Below, piece after piece: positions 29,797 to 39,828 of a stretch of DNA of 64,000 nucleotides. The notes under the pieces were generated by a model. That model ran no database searches. It was not told the DNA's origin and saw only the letters and a list, made by a program, of their open reading frames with translations. The position numbers and the translations under genes were made by a program. Each line of letters opens with the position of its first letter. Within the stretch, counting starts at the first letter, position 1. The stretch comes from an uncultured Candidatus Bathyarchaeia archaeon (lineage in GTDB: Archaea > Thermoproteota > CALKCG01 > B24 > JAWCPE01): the NCBI GenBank assembly GCA_964427455.1, contig CAYRUY010000003.1:98-64097 (forward strand). Direction: 5' to 3'.

Positions 29797-30567
29797 CTAC
29801 CTTCTCGCTCCCAACCTGAGGTACAGCAGAGGACTGACTATGTCCCACCAATCTCGAAGGGGAGCTATCTTCGAGTATCCCCCTTTATGCCTGTAGGGAT
29901 ATCTCTTTGAAACCGGTACCTCCCGTGTTCTATATCCTAGCGTTAACACCTTGTACAAGGTGTAGAACTCTAGGGCATACCCGTCTAGCCATCTCTGCGA
30001 GATATCGATCCTTCCATCGCGGAATACCGAGGCCCTGTAGGCGCGAAAGCCGTTTGTCACGTCAGTGAGATAGCCCCCTACCGCCATTCTCCAGACGAAG
30101 GGGTAGAGTCGGGTGAAGATGGCTCGTAGGATCGGGGTCTTGGCCGCTTTTCCTCCGGGCAGAAACCTTGAGCCTTGGACGTAGTCGTAGCCTTCCTCCA
30201 AGATAGGACGTAGGATTCGAGGAACTTCCCGCGGATCATCCTTCCCATTGCCCGCCATCACCACGATGACCTCGCAGCCAGCGTTCAAAGCGTGATGGAT
30301 GCCCTGTCTCAGGGCGTGTCCAATCCCTCTCCTCTGGGCATTCTCCAAGATGCAAAGGGGAACCTCGGCTTTCTGGCCCTCAGACCGGATCTCCCTGAGA
30401 AGCGCCTCTGTTGGACGGTCAACGATCACATACACTTGGTCGACGCGCACTCCCGCAAAACGGGATAGCACTCTCCCGATCTTGCCCGTTTCTCGGTAAA
30501 CGGGCACCAGAGCTGCCACTCGAGGCCTCATTCGTTGTTCCCTGTCACGATGCGGCGTGTCTGCCAT
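29797..30567 (-). CDS. Glycosyltransferase family 2 (dolichyl-phosphate sugar synthase-like)
   Basis: 'VAALVPVYRETGKIGRVL' is a GT2 N-terminal pattern. It is 256 aa. Confidence 0.6.
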   Translation of the reverse strand: MADTPHRDREQRMRPRVAALVPVYRETGKIGRVLSRFAGVRVDQVYVIVDRPTEALLREIRSEGQKAEVPLCILENAQRRGIGHALRQGIHHALNAGCEVIVVMAGNGKDDPREVPRILRPILEEGYDYVQGSRFLPGGKAAKTPILRAIFTRLYPFVWRMAVGGYLTDVTNGFRAYRASVFRDGRIDISQRWLDGYALEFYTLYKVLTLGYRTREVPVSKRYPYRHKGGYSKIAPLRDWWDIVSPLLYLRLGARR

Positions 30568-30577
30568 GTTCTGCCTG

Positions 30578-32086
30578 TTAGGTCTCAGACTCGAGCCTAG
30601 GAAGGGAATTGATCCCCGTGAGGTCCCGGATCGCGGGATTAGTTATTGTCCTGTGGTTCAGGAGGCGTGCGGGGTTGCCTGCTGCGACCGCGTTGTCAGG
30701 TATATCTCGTGTGACAACTGACCCGGCGCCGACCACTGCGTTCCTTCCGATCGTGACTCCGGGAAGTATGACGCTGCTCGCTCCTATCGACGCCCCTCTC
30801 CTAACGCGAGTAGGCAGGAGAAGCCATTCGCCGTTAACGGCGGGGTACTTGTCATTCGTGAAGACGACGTTAGGTCCGATGAAGACATCATCCTCTATTG
30901 TGACGCCTGTCGGGATGAAACTGAACGCCCTTATCTTGCAGTTGTCGCCGACAACGACTCCTTCCTCCATGTATACGTATGCGTCGACCTTGCACCGCTT
31001 GCCTACGCGACACTTGAAGAGGTTGACCTGATCGTGGACTCTGGTTCCAGCGCCGATCTCTGCCCCGGTGATGACTGAGTAAAGGGGCGTGCCCCGGTTG
31101 CGGGCGGGGGTCGGGCTTAAAGTAACCACTCTTTGCTCCTCTGCAGCTCTCCTTGCGGCTCCGAGTAACCTGACAACCTGAGCCCCGATCTGCCCCGAGT
31201 TCTCCAAGACTGGCTTGTCGACGTCTCTGTTCTTTCGGATCGAGTGTGTGAAGTGTCTAAGCTCGCTCGCAATGGTATTGTTCCTCTCGATCCTGATCTG
31301 GTATGCGCGCTCGCGCTCGTGAACCATCAGCGTCTGCGCGAGGCAGTCGACCTTGACTGTTCCCTGAGAGCCTACGATGTTGACCTCTCTGACTTTGGGT
31401 GGAGCAAGCCAGCTTAACTCGATCTGCGCCACTATCTCGTCGTCGAGTTCTGCGATGATGCTCGCCCAGTCGTCAAGCCTGCCTGCTCGATAGGCCTTCG
31501 TGAAACACCTGATCGCTCTAGGCCACCTCCCAAGGAGGTGGTTCAGTATGTCGAAGGGGTGAGGCCCCAGATCAGTGATGATATCGCGACCATTGATCCC
31601 GTCATCTCTGGTCGTCCACTGCAGTCTTACGTAGAAGACGTCGCCGATGAATCCCTCTTCGACCAGCCTTCTGGCCTTCCTCAGAGCATTGTTGAAACGG
31701 AAGATGTGGCCAACGCACAGGACTACTCGCTGCCTTTCTGCCCGCTCAACCAAGTCACAGGCTTCGGTCCACCTTAGTGCGAGAGGCTTCTCGACCAAGA
31801 CGTGTTTGCCTTGCTCCAAGGCGTCCCTGCAGATCGAGTAATGCGTCTCATTAGGGGTACACACATGCACTGCGTCGACCTCGGGGGAGGTGAGCACGCG
31901 CGTGTAGTCCGTTTCGAGATTCCTGACAGCAACGGAGTTGCCGCACCTGCTGAGGTTTGCCTCTGACACATCACAAACGCTGTGCAGTATGACATCCGAG
32001 TCTTCACCTGCCAGCTGTGAGTATTCCTGTGCGATCTTGGTGCCCCAATACCCCACGCCGATGACCGCAACTCTAAGCCTGCCCAT
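30578..32086 (-). CDS. Fusion of an N-terminal Gfo/Idh/MocA oxidoreductase (WbpB-like) with a C-terminal left-handed beta-helix hexapeptide acetyltransferase (WbpD-like)
   Basis: 'LRVAVIGVGYWGTKIAQEY' is the Rossmann motif. The C-terminal half carries hexapeptide repeats ('GAGTRVHDQVNL...VGDNCKIRAFSFIPTGVTIEDDVFIGPNVVF'). Confidence 0.6.
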   Translation of the reverse strand: MGRLRVAVIGVGYWGTKIAQEYSQLAGEDSDVILHSVCDVSEANLSRCGNSVAVRNLETDYTRVLTSPEVDAVHVCTPNETHYSICRDALEQGKHVLVEKPLALRWTEACDLVERAERQRVVLCVGHIFRFNNALRKARRLVEEGFIGDVFYVRLQWTTRDDGINGRDIITDLGPHPFDILNHLLGRWPRAIRCFTKAYRAGRLDDWASIIAELDDEIVAQIELSWLAPPKVREVNIVGSQGTVKVDCLAQTLMVHERERAYQIRIERNNTIASELRHFTHSIRKNRDVDKPVLENSGQIGAQVVRLLGAARRAAEEQRVVTLSPTPARNRGTPLYSVITGAEIGAGTRVHDQVNLFKCRVGKRCKVDAYVYMEEGVVVGDNCKIRAFSFIPTGVTIEDDVFIGPNVVFTNDKYPAVNGEWLLLPTRVRRGASIGASSVILPGVTIGRNAVVGAGSVVTRDIPDNAVAAGNPARLLNHRTITNPAIRDLTGINSLPRLESET

Positions 32087-32302
32087 CGTGTTTCCTACTC
32101 CTTCAGGAAACTCTTTGAACACTCCAAGGGAGCCCTTCACACCGTGCCGCAAGGTCCCGTGAGACCTAGTGGTTTGACAGCGGTCGTGTTGCGCCCAGAC
32201 TTATTCGCCCTGCAGGCCGTGGTCTTGGACGAAGCATGCCGATGAAGCCGGCGCCTGCCCTAGCCCAGCTGATAGGCCAGCCTAGCCTTGTGGAGTATGG
32301 TC

Positions 32303-32950
32303 TCAAGTTCCACCATTGGCGGTGATGCGGTCTGTTCGTAGGCTTCCCTTGGCATTGTATCTCACATCTAGCCAGAACCCCACAAAACGGTTGTCATACA
32401 GCAGCGTGTCGTTTGCTGAGTCGCGCGTCCAGAGTTCGAAGAACAACTCGTAACAGAAGCCTGTTGTCTCCTCGTTCCTGGTCGCGAGACTCTTGACAGT
32501 GACGATCGCGCCGTTGATCTCGATCTTGCGTAGTAGGCATTGACCCGTTGAGATATCCGCCTCAACGACTCTAACCGTGACAGGGGCCTCCCATCCCTCG
32601 TTCTCGTCAAGGGAGACATCGAACCTGCATAGCATAGGTAGGGGACTCGGCTGAGCTCTGCTTGGGTCTGGCAACGGCTCGGTCTCGTTTCTGAGCTTCA
32701 CTATGAGAGAGTATTGAACCGAGTCTCCCATATGGTTTCGTATCCCAACCATGACCTCGATGGGCTCGTCGTCCAGAACGTGAGAGGAGAGCCCTTCTAT
32801 CCTGTGGTTTGCCCCGAGAAGCCAGAGTTCGGTGAAACGCTCCCGGGTGTCATGGCTCGGGAAGAGCCCGTAGATCAGGTTCGAAGACAACACAAATGTT
32901 GTGGCCAACGCAAGAGCTAGAACGGGGAGTCTGTAGGATTCCGAGCGCAT
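32303..32950 (-). CDS. Secreted or membrane-anchored hypothetical protein
   Basis: An N-terminal hydrophobic segment ('LPVLALALATTFVLSS') with no motif I recognised. Confidence 0.35.
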   Translation of the reverse strand: MRSESYRLPVLALALATTFVLSSNLIYGLFPSHDTRERFTELWLLGANHRIEGLSSHVLDDEPIEVMVGIRNHMGDSVQYSLIVKLRNETEPLPDPSRAQPSPLPMLCRFDVSLDENEGWEAPVTVRVVEADISTGQCLLRKIEINGAIVTVKSLATRNEETTGFCYELFFELWTRDSANDTLLYDNRFVGFWLDVRYNAKGSLRTDRITANGGT

Positions 32951-33053
32951 GGTAGTCCTCAGCTGTCTCAAGTCGGCGCGCCAGGAACGGGGTTACGGGT
33001 CACTGCACCTCGCCCCAAGAAGGACGACCAAGGGGTAGGTGTACTCACGCGGT

Positions 33054-33446
33054 CTACTCCCGCGGTTGTTTCCGTGATCGGCTCTTGGAGTTCCCTGACA
33101 CTGCCGAAGTGAGGCTCAGCCCCTCTGTCTTTTCCAAGCACATCTTCCTCAACGTTGACTGGGCTCTCTGGAAGTTCTGCTCGGCATTGTTCAGGGCTCT
33201 CCGGTAGACCACGTACGTCATGTACTTCCTGAGGTACGCCTTGCCTTTCCCGGTGATGCCGTAGGACCTCTGACCTGTCTGAGCGATCAAGCGGGCCCTG
33301 AGAGCCTCAGCCAAGTAACGCTCCAGAAGCCTGTAGCTCAGATTCGCCCCAAACATGATATGCGTCTTCCCGGAGGCGGTCTCTGAGGCCGATAGCATGG
33401 CGGCAAGTATGTCCAAGCTGTTTCGATTCTTTACCTGACGCATCAC
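33054..33446 (-). CDS. Small winged-helix DNA-binding protein (archaeal wHTH family)
   Basis: 'GKTHIMFGANLSYRLLERYL'. It is paralogous to the 34213..34500 product ('GKTHIMYKANLSHRVTGDYL'). Confidence 0.5.
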   Translation of the reverse strand: MMRQVKNRNSLDILAAMLSASETASGKTHIMFGANLSYRLLERYLAEALRARLIAQTGQRSYGITGKGKAYLRKYMTYVVYRRALNNAEQNFQRAQSTLRKMCLEKTEGLSLTSAVSGNSKSRSRKQPRE

Positions 33447-33548
33447 CGTACCCTCCTGATCGCCTGAGAAGACGAAGAGAAGCTTGTGAACGAGGGCAGC
33501 CTGACGGAAAGACCTTTTACCTTGATGGCCAGGCTGAGTTCGGCTCGT

Positions 33549-33980
33549 CTATCTGTGCAGCCAGCCTCTCCCCGCTTTCTTCCGCTGGAGCGTGTTGCGG
33601 CGAGACGCCACAATCGGAGGCCCAGCGCGCTGGGTTTCCGTTGAGGCCCTCTGTCGCAGTGTTTGTCTTATGAAGACGCCCCAACCGGGTCTCTGCGAGC
33701 CGAGATACCGTTTGCCCCTAGTTTCCAGCCCCCAGTATGTTAGGACCTGCCCGAGGGTCGGGAGCCGGTAGTCCCTTGTAGCAGCGATGACCAAGCCCTT
33801 CTCGACCAGCAGCATGACGTAGTCCTTGTCAGCGATACCTTCAGCTCTCTCTTTGTCCTCAAACCTCCTGTCCCACATCTCCTCCCACTGCCTTCTCACC
33901 TCGGAAAGAAGCCCTTGCTCGATAGCGGCCACTGTGCCACCCCTCTTTGATGGGAGCGAGCTCGAAACCAAGGGCGACAC
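33549..33980 (-). CDS. Hypothetical protein
   Basis: A 143-aa ORF lying between the two wHTH paralogs. No motif was recognised. Confidence 0.3.
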   Translation of the reverse strand: MSPLVSSSLPSKRGGTVAAIEQGLLSEVRRQWEEMWDRRFEDKERAEGIADKDYVMLLVEKGLVIAATRDYRLPTLGQVLTYWGLETRGKRYLGSQRPGWGVFIRQTLRQRASTETQRAGPPIVASRRNTLQRKKAGRGWLHR

Positions 33981-34212
33981 CTACCTGACCCGCAACAGTG
34001 ACGCCACTCGGCACAATGAGAGACGTGAGGCGCATTTATCAAGACAGAGGAAGAGGTTTTCTGGATAGATTATGCGGGAGATCCCCTTCGAAGCCAGTTG
34101 TCAAAGCATATGCTTCAACCCTATGCTAAAACTACGTAAAACCTAAGTGGACTCCGTCACAGACGCTGACCACCGGGGCAGCACAGTCTCGCAGTTCCAG
34201 TAAGGCTAAGCC

Positions 34213-34500
34213 TTGAAATCACGTCGTAGGTGGAGAAATCGGTCTAGGACCGATATCATCGCAGATATCTTGTTAACGGCTCAAAGCGGCGAGGGGAAGA
34301 CTCATATCATGTATAAGGCCAACCTAAGCCATAGGGTCACCGGCGACTACCTCGCACATCTCACGAGGACAGGTCTGATAGAGGTGAGGGCCGAAAGCGA
34401 GCGAGGAGCCACGTATATGACGACGCGGAAGGGGGCGCGCTTCCTCTCAAGCTTCAGGGCGATGAAGAACCTCCTTGACGAAAAGCTTATTGTTGCGTGA
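34213..34500 (+). CDS. Small winged-helix DNA-binding protein (paralog of the 33054..33446 product)
   Basis: The shared motif 'GEGKTHIMYKANLSHR'. It is 95 aa. Confidence 0.5.
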   Translation: MKSRRRWRNRSRTDIIADILLTAQSGEGKTHIMYKANLSHRVTGDYLAHLTRTGLIEVRAESERGATYMTTRKGARFLSSFRAMKNLLDEKLIVA

Positions 34501-34592
34501 ACCCTTTTTCGCGCATGCATCTAACCCTTCTTCTGACACCTTCATTGTGACCCGTTGTGTGGCCTAGGACCACGGGGAAGAGTTAAGCCGAG

Positions 34593-36257
34593 GTGTGCCT
34601 CACACTAGCCTCGGTCTACGTGGGAGGCTGCGAGCTCTTGTCTGCTAGGAGCAGGGCGCGCGCTTACTGGCGTGAGTACTACAAGGGACGCAAGGGCGGG
34701 TACATCCTCGTTCAGAACAGCTTAAGCCCAGAGGATGTAAGGAAGCCCTTCATAGGCGTGGCCAACACTTGGAGCGAGATCGTCCCCGGCCACCTGTATC
34801 TCCGTGAAGTGTCGCGGTTCGTCAAGGACGGCGTCAAAGCTGCAGGAGGCGCGTCGCTAGAGTTCAACACGATCGCGACATGCGATGGTTACGGGTACGG
34901 CTACGAGAAGCCTGACACGTGGAAGTACTGCCTCCCCATCAGGGATGTCACGGCTGACTCTATAGAGTTGGTGGCTAGACACGTTGACTTCGACGGCATG
35001 GTTCTGCTGAGCGCCTGTGACAAGAGCAACCCAGGGATGCAGATGGCGGCGGCTCGATTGAACATACCGGCGATCCTTGTGCCTGCGGGGCTAAACTTCC
35101 GCCGCTGCCCTGGAACAGGGCTTGGAACCGCAACTACGGGCCAATGTATGGCTGAGGCCCTAGGCATGGCGTTGCCGAGGACTGCGACCACGTATACGCT
35201 TACACCGGCTCATGAGGAGCTTGCCCGTGGGGCCGGGGCTATAGCCGTGGAACTCGTGAAAGCCGGGATCAAGCCGTCGGATATCATGACCCGCGCCTCC
35301 TTCGAGAACGCGATCCGAGTCCTCCTCGCGATAGGTGGCTCGGCGAACTACTGCATGCACCTCCCAGCTATTGCTCATGAGCTCGGCATAGAGATAGGCG
35401 TCGACGACTTCGACAGGCTCAGCGACGAGACGCCATACCTGAGCCACCTCTCCCCGAACGGGCCTAGGAGCCTCGATGAGCTCGACTCAAAGGGTGGGAT
35501 CCTCGGCGTCATGAAAGAGCTGAGCCCTCTCCTTAACCTAGACGTGGTGACCTGCACCGGCAAGACGCTTCGAGAGAACCTAAAGGACTTCGACAAGTGG
35601 ATGAGCATCCAACCCCCATACATGGAGCCCTCATTCGACACGCTTAGGCCGCTCAGCCAGCCTTTGCTCAAGACCGGCGGAATTACGGTGCTCAGAGGCA
35701 GCTTGGCGCCAGGAGGCTCGATCATCCGCACAGCCGGAGTCAGAAAGGAGAAGTACACGTACACAGGTCCGGCCCGGGTGTTCGAGAACAAGATCGAGGC
35801 TACAGAGGCCCTCTTGACGGAGGACTATGACCCGAACGATGTCATCGTCGTCAGGAATGAAGGGCCGAAAGGCGGCCCAGGTATGCCGGAGTTGTGCTCC
35901 GAAGGCGAGATGCTCGGCACAGAGGAATCGGCCACCTACCTGGTCACTGATGGACGGTACTCAGGAGGAGGCAACGCTGGGACGATCGTGGGCTTCGTCA
36001 CGCCGGAGGCCTTCGACGGCGGCCCCATAGCCGTCGTGAAGAACGGCGACCTAATGCGCATAGGTATCCCCAACAAACGCCTAGACCTGCTCGTGCCTGA
36101 GGACGAGGTCAAGGCGAGGCTTGCGAAATGGAGACCGCCTGAACCCAAGTTCAAGACCGGATTCCTCGCCCGCTACATCCAAGAGGTGACGCCTGCGCTG
36201 AAAGGCGCCTACCTCCAACCTCCGCAGCATCTTACGGGCCGATGCACAACGGGTTAA
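34593..36257 (+). CDS. ilvD: IlvD/EDD-family dehydratase (dihydroxy-acid or sugar-acid dehydratase)
   Basis: 'KPFIGVANTWSEIVPGH' and 'GMVLLSACDKSNPG' (the CDK motif), in a 554-aa product. Confidence 0.75.
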   Translation: MCLTLASVYVGGCELLSARSRARAYWREYYKGRKGGYILVQNSLSPEDVRKPFIGVANTWSEIVPGHLYLREVSRFVKDGVKAAGGASLEFNTIATCDGYGYGYEKPDTWKYCLPIRDVTADSIELVARHVDFDGMVLLSACDKSNPGMQMAAARLNIPAILVPAGLNFRRCPGTGLGTATTGQCMAEALGMALPRTATTYTLTPAHEELARGAGAIAVELVKAGIKPSDIMTRASFENAIRVLLAIGGSANYCMHLPAIAHELGIEIGVDDFDRLSDETPYLSHLSPNGPRSLDELDSKGGILGVMKELSPLLNLDVVTCTGKTLRENLKDFDKWMSIQPPYMEPSFDTLRPLSQPLLKTGGITVLRGSLAPGGSIIRTAGVRKEKYTYTGPARVFENKIEATEALLTEDYDPNDVIVVRNEGPKGGPGMPELCSEGEMLGTEESATYLVTDGRYSGGGNAGTIVGFVTPEAFDGGPIAVVKNGDLMRIGIPNKRLDLLVPEDEVKARLAKWRPPEPKFKTGFLARYIQEVTPALKGAYLQPPQHLTGRCTTG

Positions 36258-36696
36258 CGAGAGTTTCCCTCAGATACCCCGCTCTCACCCGCGTGCAAGG
36301 TCGCACTGGGGCGCGCCGGACGAGCCCTGCGACTGTTTGCCTCTTCTGACGATGTGGACAGAGGCGTCAGCCGCCCACTCGCTTGGTCAGGGGAGATATC
36401 CGCGTCCATAGCCTCAACCGTTCCTCGAAGGACAGCTGCATTAGACCGCTTGTGAAGGCCCGGGACGGGCGTAAGACAACACCGTCCTTAATGAGCAAAT
36501 CATACACGTGAAAAAGCGCACATGCGACCCTACCTTGCGTTCCGGCCTAGAGCAGTGTAGATAGGCAGGCGCGAATCGCAAAGCCTTCTCCTGACAGGCT
36601 CGAGCCACGTGCGTCGCGTCTTTCCCATGGTCCCCTGGAAGGAGTCATTGGCAAAAGGAGAAAAGGCCGGCTGCTCAGATTCCCGTGGGTGTTGCG

Positions 36697-38241
36697 ATGA
36701 GCCAAAGAGCTGCCAGGCCTGAGCTGAAGCTGGGCGACTTCTTCGAGCCCACGTACACGGTCGGCCCCGATGGACTGCCCGTCTTCAACCTTTTCTCGGA
36801 CGGAAAATGGACGCCCTCCGCAACGGGCCGAACCTTCGATGCGCATACGCCGATCGACGGCAGCGTCATAGCTAGGGTTCAGTCAGCCGGAGTTGAGGAC
36901 GTTGAGCGCACGGTTGATGCCGCCTACGAGGCCCGTGCCAAGATAAGGGACATGCCCGCGATTCAACGCATCGAGACATTCCAAGAGGCCGGGGAGCTTC
37001 TGCTTGAACACATGCACGACTTCGCAACGGTCCTCACCCTCGAGGCGGGAAAGCCTAGGCCTAGCGCTGAAGGCGAGGTCAGAGCGGCCGCTGACAGGAT
37101 GGAGCTGACAATGCAGGAGGCGAGAAAGATCTTCGGCGAGTACCTTCCAGGCGACTGGGCTAAAGACACCTTAGGCAAGGTAGGCTTGGTAATCCGAGAA
37201 CCCATCGGCGTTGTCGCCGCGATCTCGCCGTTCAACTACCCGCTCTTCATCTCAGCCGCGAAGGTGGTGCCAGCCCTCCTCTCAGGCAACGCGGTCGTCG
37301 CGAAACCGCCGAGCGACGCGCCCCTATCGCTCCTGCTCCTCGGCAGAGCCCTAGAGGCTGCAGGCATTCCGTCAGGCACGTTCAACGTGGTAACAGGCAG
37401 GGGAGGTGAGGTCGGCGACGCTCTCGTCTCAAACCCGAAGGTGGGAGGTGTCAGCTTCACCGGGAGCACGGAGGTCGGCAAACACATCGCGTCAATAGCA
37501 GGGGTACGGAAGCAACACCTGGAACTCGGCGGCAAAGGCGTAGCTATCGTGCTGGACGACGCTGACCTGAGGCTCGCCGCAGTGAAGTGTGTCCACGGCA
37601 GCCTGAGCAACGCTGGGCAGAGATGCGACGCCGGTAGCGCCATCATTATGCTCGAAGACATCGCCGAGACCTTCGTACAACTCGTCCTGCAGGAGGTCGA
37701 CACTTGGAAGCTCGGAGACCCGAGGGAGCCCTCAACCACGATAGGCCCTGTCATAAACGAGCGGGCTGCGCAGAGGATCCACGCCCTGGTAGAGGAGGCT
37801 GTTCAGAAGGGCGCGAGACTCCTGCGCGGCGGCGCCTACGAGGGCTGCTACTACCAGCCAACGGTGTTGGACCACGTTCCGTTGGAGGCTAAGATCGCGT
37901 GGGAAGAGACGTTCGGCCCCGTCGTCACGCTCATCAGAGTAAAGGACGAGGACGAGGCGATCGCGATCGCTAACAAGCCACTCTACGGCCTTGACTCCTG
38001 CGTCTTCTCGACAAGCTTCTACGGGATCTGGAAGATCGCGAAACGGTTGCAGGTCGGCGGTGTGACGGTGAACGATTTCCCGAGGCACGGCGTCGGGTTC
38101 TTCCCCTTCGGTGGGTGGAAGGAGTCAGGCGTGGGCCGTGAGGGAGTCGGCTACAGCATCGAGGAGATGACGAACATCAAGACCATCGTCTTCAACCTTG
38201 AACCTGCCAAGTTGGGGAAGGTCTGGCGAGACTACCTCTAA
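36697..38241 (+). CDS. NAD(P)-dependent aldehyde dehydrogenase
   Basis: 'FNYPLFISAAKVVPALLSGNAVVAKP', 'ELGGKG' and the 'GQRCDAGS' catalytic-Cys region. Confidence 0.75.
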   Translation: MSQRAARPELKLGDFFEPTYTVGPDGLPVFNLFSDGKWTPSATGRTFDAHTPIDGSVIARVQSAGVEDVERTVDAAYEARAKIRDMPAIQRIETFQEAGELLLEHMHDFATVLTLEAGKPRPSAEGEVRAAADRMELTMQEARKIFGEYLPGDWAKDTLGKVGLVIREPIGVVAAISPFNYPLFISAAKVVPALLSGNAVVAKPPSDAPLSLLLLGRALEAAGIPSGTFNVVTGRGGEVGDALVSNPKVGGVSFTGSTEVGKHIASIAGVRKQHLELGGKGVAIVLDDADLRLAAVKCVHGSLSNAGQRCDAGSAIIMLEDIAETFVQLVLQEVDTWKLGDPREPSTTIGPVINERAAQRIHALVEEAVQKGARLLRGGAYEGCYYQPTVLDHVPLEAKIAWEETFGPVVTLIRVKDEDEAIAIANKPLYGLDSCVFSTSFYGIWKIAKRLQVGGVTVNDFPRHGVGFFPFGGWKESGVGREGVGYSIEEMTNIKTIVFNLEPAKLGKVWRDYL

Positions 38242-38291
38242 GTTGTGAAACCAGAGGCTCACGCTATGCAGAGCATTTCACAGGTAGAGGC

Positions 38292-39743
38292 TTGATGGAA
38301 GCAATCCATTTCGGAACGGACGGGTGGCGTGGCATTATGGGGCGAGACTTCACCTTCGAGAGGGTGAAGTTCGTAGCCCAGGCGATAGCCGACTACCTGA
38401 ACGAGCATGGTCTCGCCGAGAAGGGCGTAGTCATTGGATATGACACACGCAGGTGGTCTCGCCGCTTCGCAGAGGATGTCTCAAGCGTCATGATAGCGAA
38501 CAGGATACGGGCATACATGACAGAGAGGGACAGCCCAACCCCGGCGGTCGCCTTCGAGGTCCTACGTAGGGAAGCGGGTGGTGCAGTCATGATAACGGCT
38601 TCGCATAACCCGCCTGAATGGAATGGCATCAAGTACATACCGTACTATGCTGGGCCTGCACTCCCCGATGTGACCGATGAGCTCGCAGAACGCATAGGCG
38701 CGCTTCTCACAACCAAGGCCGCCAAGCAGGCCTCGCCTAAGGAGCTCACGGAGTCGGCGCTTCTGCAGTTCACCGACCCCTTGGAGCCCTACGTCGAGTT
38801 CGCAGAGAAGGAGGTAAACCTGCAGGCGATAAGGGAAGCCCGCCTGAGCATCGTCTGCGACCCAATGCACGGCACCTCAAGAGGCTACTTAGACAGGCTA
38901 CTCAGAGACGCGGGTTGCAAGGTTGAGTTGATCCATGGGGAGCCTGACCCCGCCTTCGGCGGACACCGGCCCGAGCCGGCCCCTGAATTTCTCGCCGAGC
39001 TGAGGGCGCGGGTTCAGGCGCTTGGCGCAGACCTAGGGTTTGCAACTGACGGCGACGCGGACAGGCTGGCGGTCTACGACAGCGACGGCTCCTACTTTGC
39101 GGCTAATGAGCTCTTGCCGATCCTCTTCGAACACCTGATCAAGACGGGCCGCAGAGGAGGCGTTGTAAGAAGCGTTGCCACCACGCATCTAGCCGACCGG
39201 ATCGCTGAGAGCCACGGTCTGCCGGTCTACGAGGTTCCCGTAGGCTTCAAGTATGTGGGGCAATGCCTTCGCGAGAAGGATGTCGTGATAGGCGCCGAGG
39301 AGAGCGGCGGCTTCAGCTTCAAGGGCCACATCTCCGAGAAGGATGGAATACTCACCTGCCTCATGGTGGCCGAGGCCAGAGCAGAGGCGGGTAGACCGCT
39401 TCACGAACTCCTAGAAGAGCTGTTCGCAGAGTATGGAAAATGTGTTAGCGGCAGGGTTTCATCCCCGTCTCCGCCCGTCGACCTGGAGGCTTCCCTGACG
39501 CGGCTTGCCTCAAGCCCGCCAGAGACGGTTGCAGGACTGAGGGTTGTCGGCGTCAACAGATTGGACGGCACGAAGCTTCTCCTGGAGGACGGCTCATGGC
39601 TCCTGATAAGGCCGTCGGGAACTGAGCCGATAGTAAGGGTCTACGGGGAGGCAAGAGGCCAACAGCAGCTGACAGCCATCCTAGAGGCGGGGAAAGCTCT
39701 CATTACACAAGAGCTTTCGGGGAAGTTGCCGAGCCCTCCCTAG
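38292..39743 (+). CDS. Phosphoglucomutase/phosphomannomutase (alpha-D-phosphohexomutase)
   Basis: 'MITASHNPPEWNGIKY' (active-site Ser loop) and 'FATDGDADR' (the metal-binding loop). Confidence 0.8.
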   Translation: MMEAIHFGTDGWRGIMGRDFTFERVKFVAQAIADYLNEHGLAEKGVVIGYDTRRWSRRFAEDVSSVMIANRIRAYMTERDSPTPAVAFEVLRREAGGAVMITASHNPPEWNGIKYIPYYAGPALPDVTDELAERIGALLTTKAAKQASPKELTESALLQFTDPLEPYVEFAEKEVNLQAIREARLSIVCDPMHGTSRGYLDRLLRDAGCKVELIHGEPDPAFGGHRPEPAPEFLAELRARVQALGADLGFATDGDADRLAVYDSDGSYFAANELLPILFEHLIKTGRRGGVVRSVATTHLADRIAESHGLPVYEVPVGFKYVGQCLREKDVVIGAEESGGFSFKGHISEKDGILTCLMVAEARAEAGRPLHELLEELFAEYGKCVSGRVSSPSPPVDLEASLTRLASSPPETVAGLRVVGVNRLDGTKLLLEDGSWLLIRPSGTEPIVRVYGEARGQQQLTAILEAGKALITQELSGKLPSPP

Positions 39744-39828
39744 GTCCATGTTCCACCCGGAAACAGCCAAACCCACAACGAACCCGGTTAAAGGAAGACG
39801 TAAATAGTCTTCAAACCTGGTCTGAATC

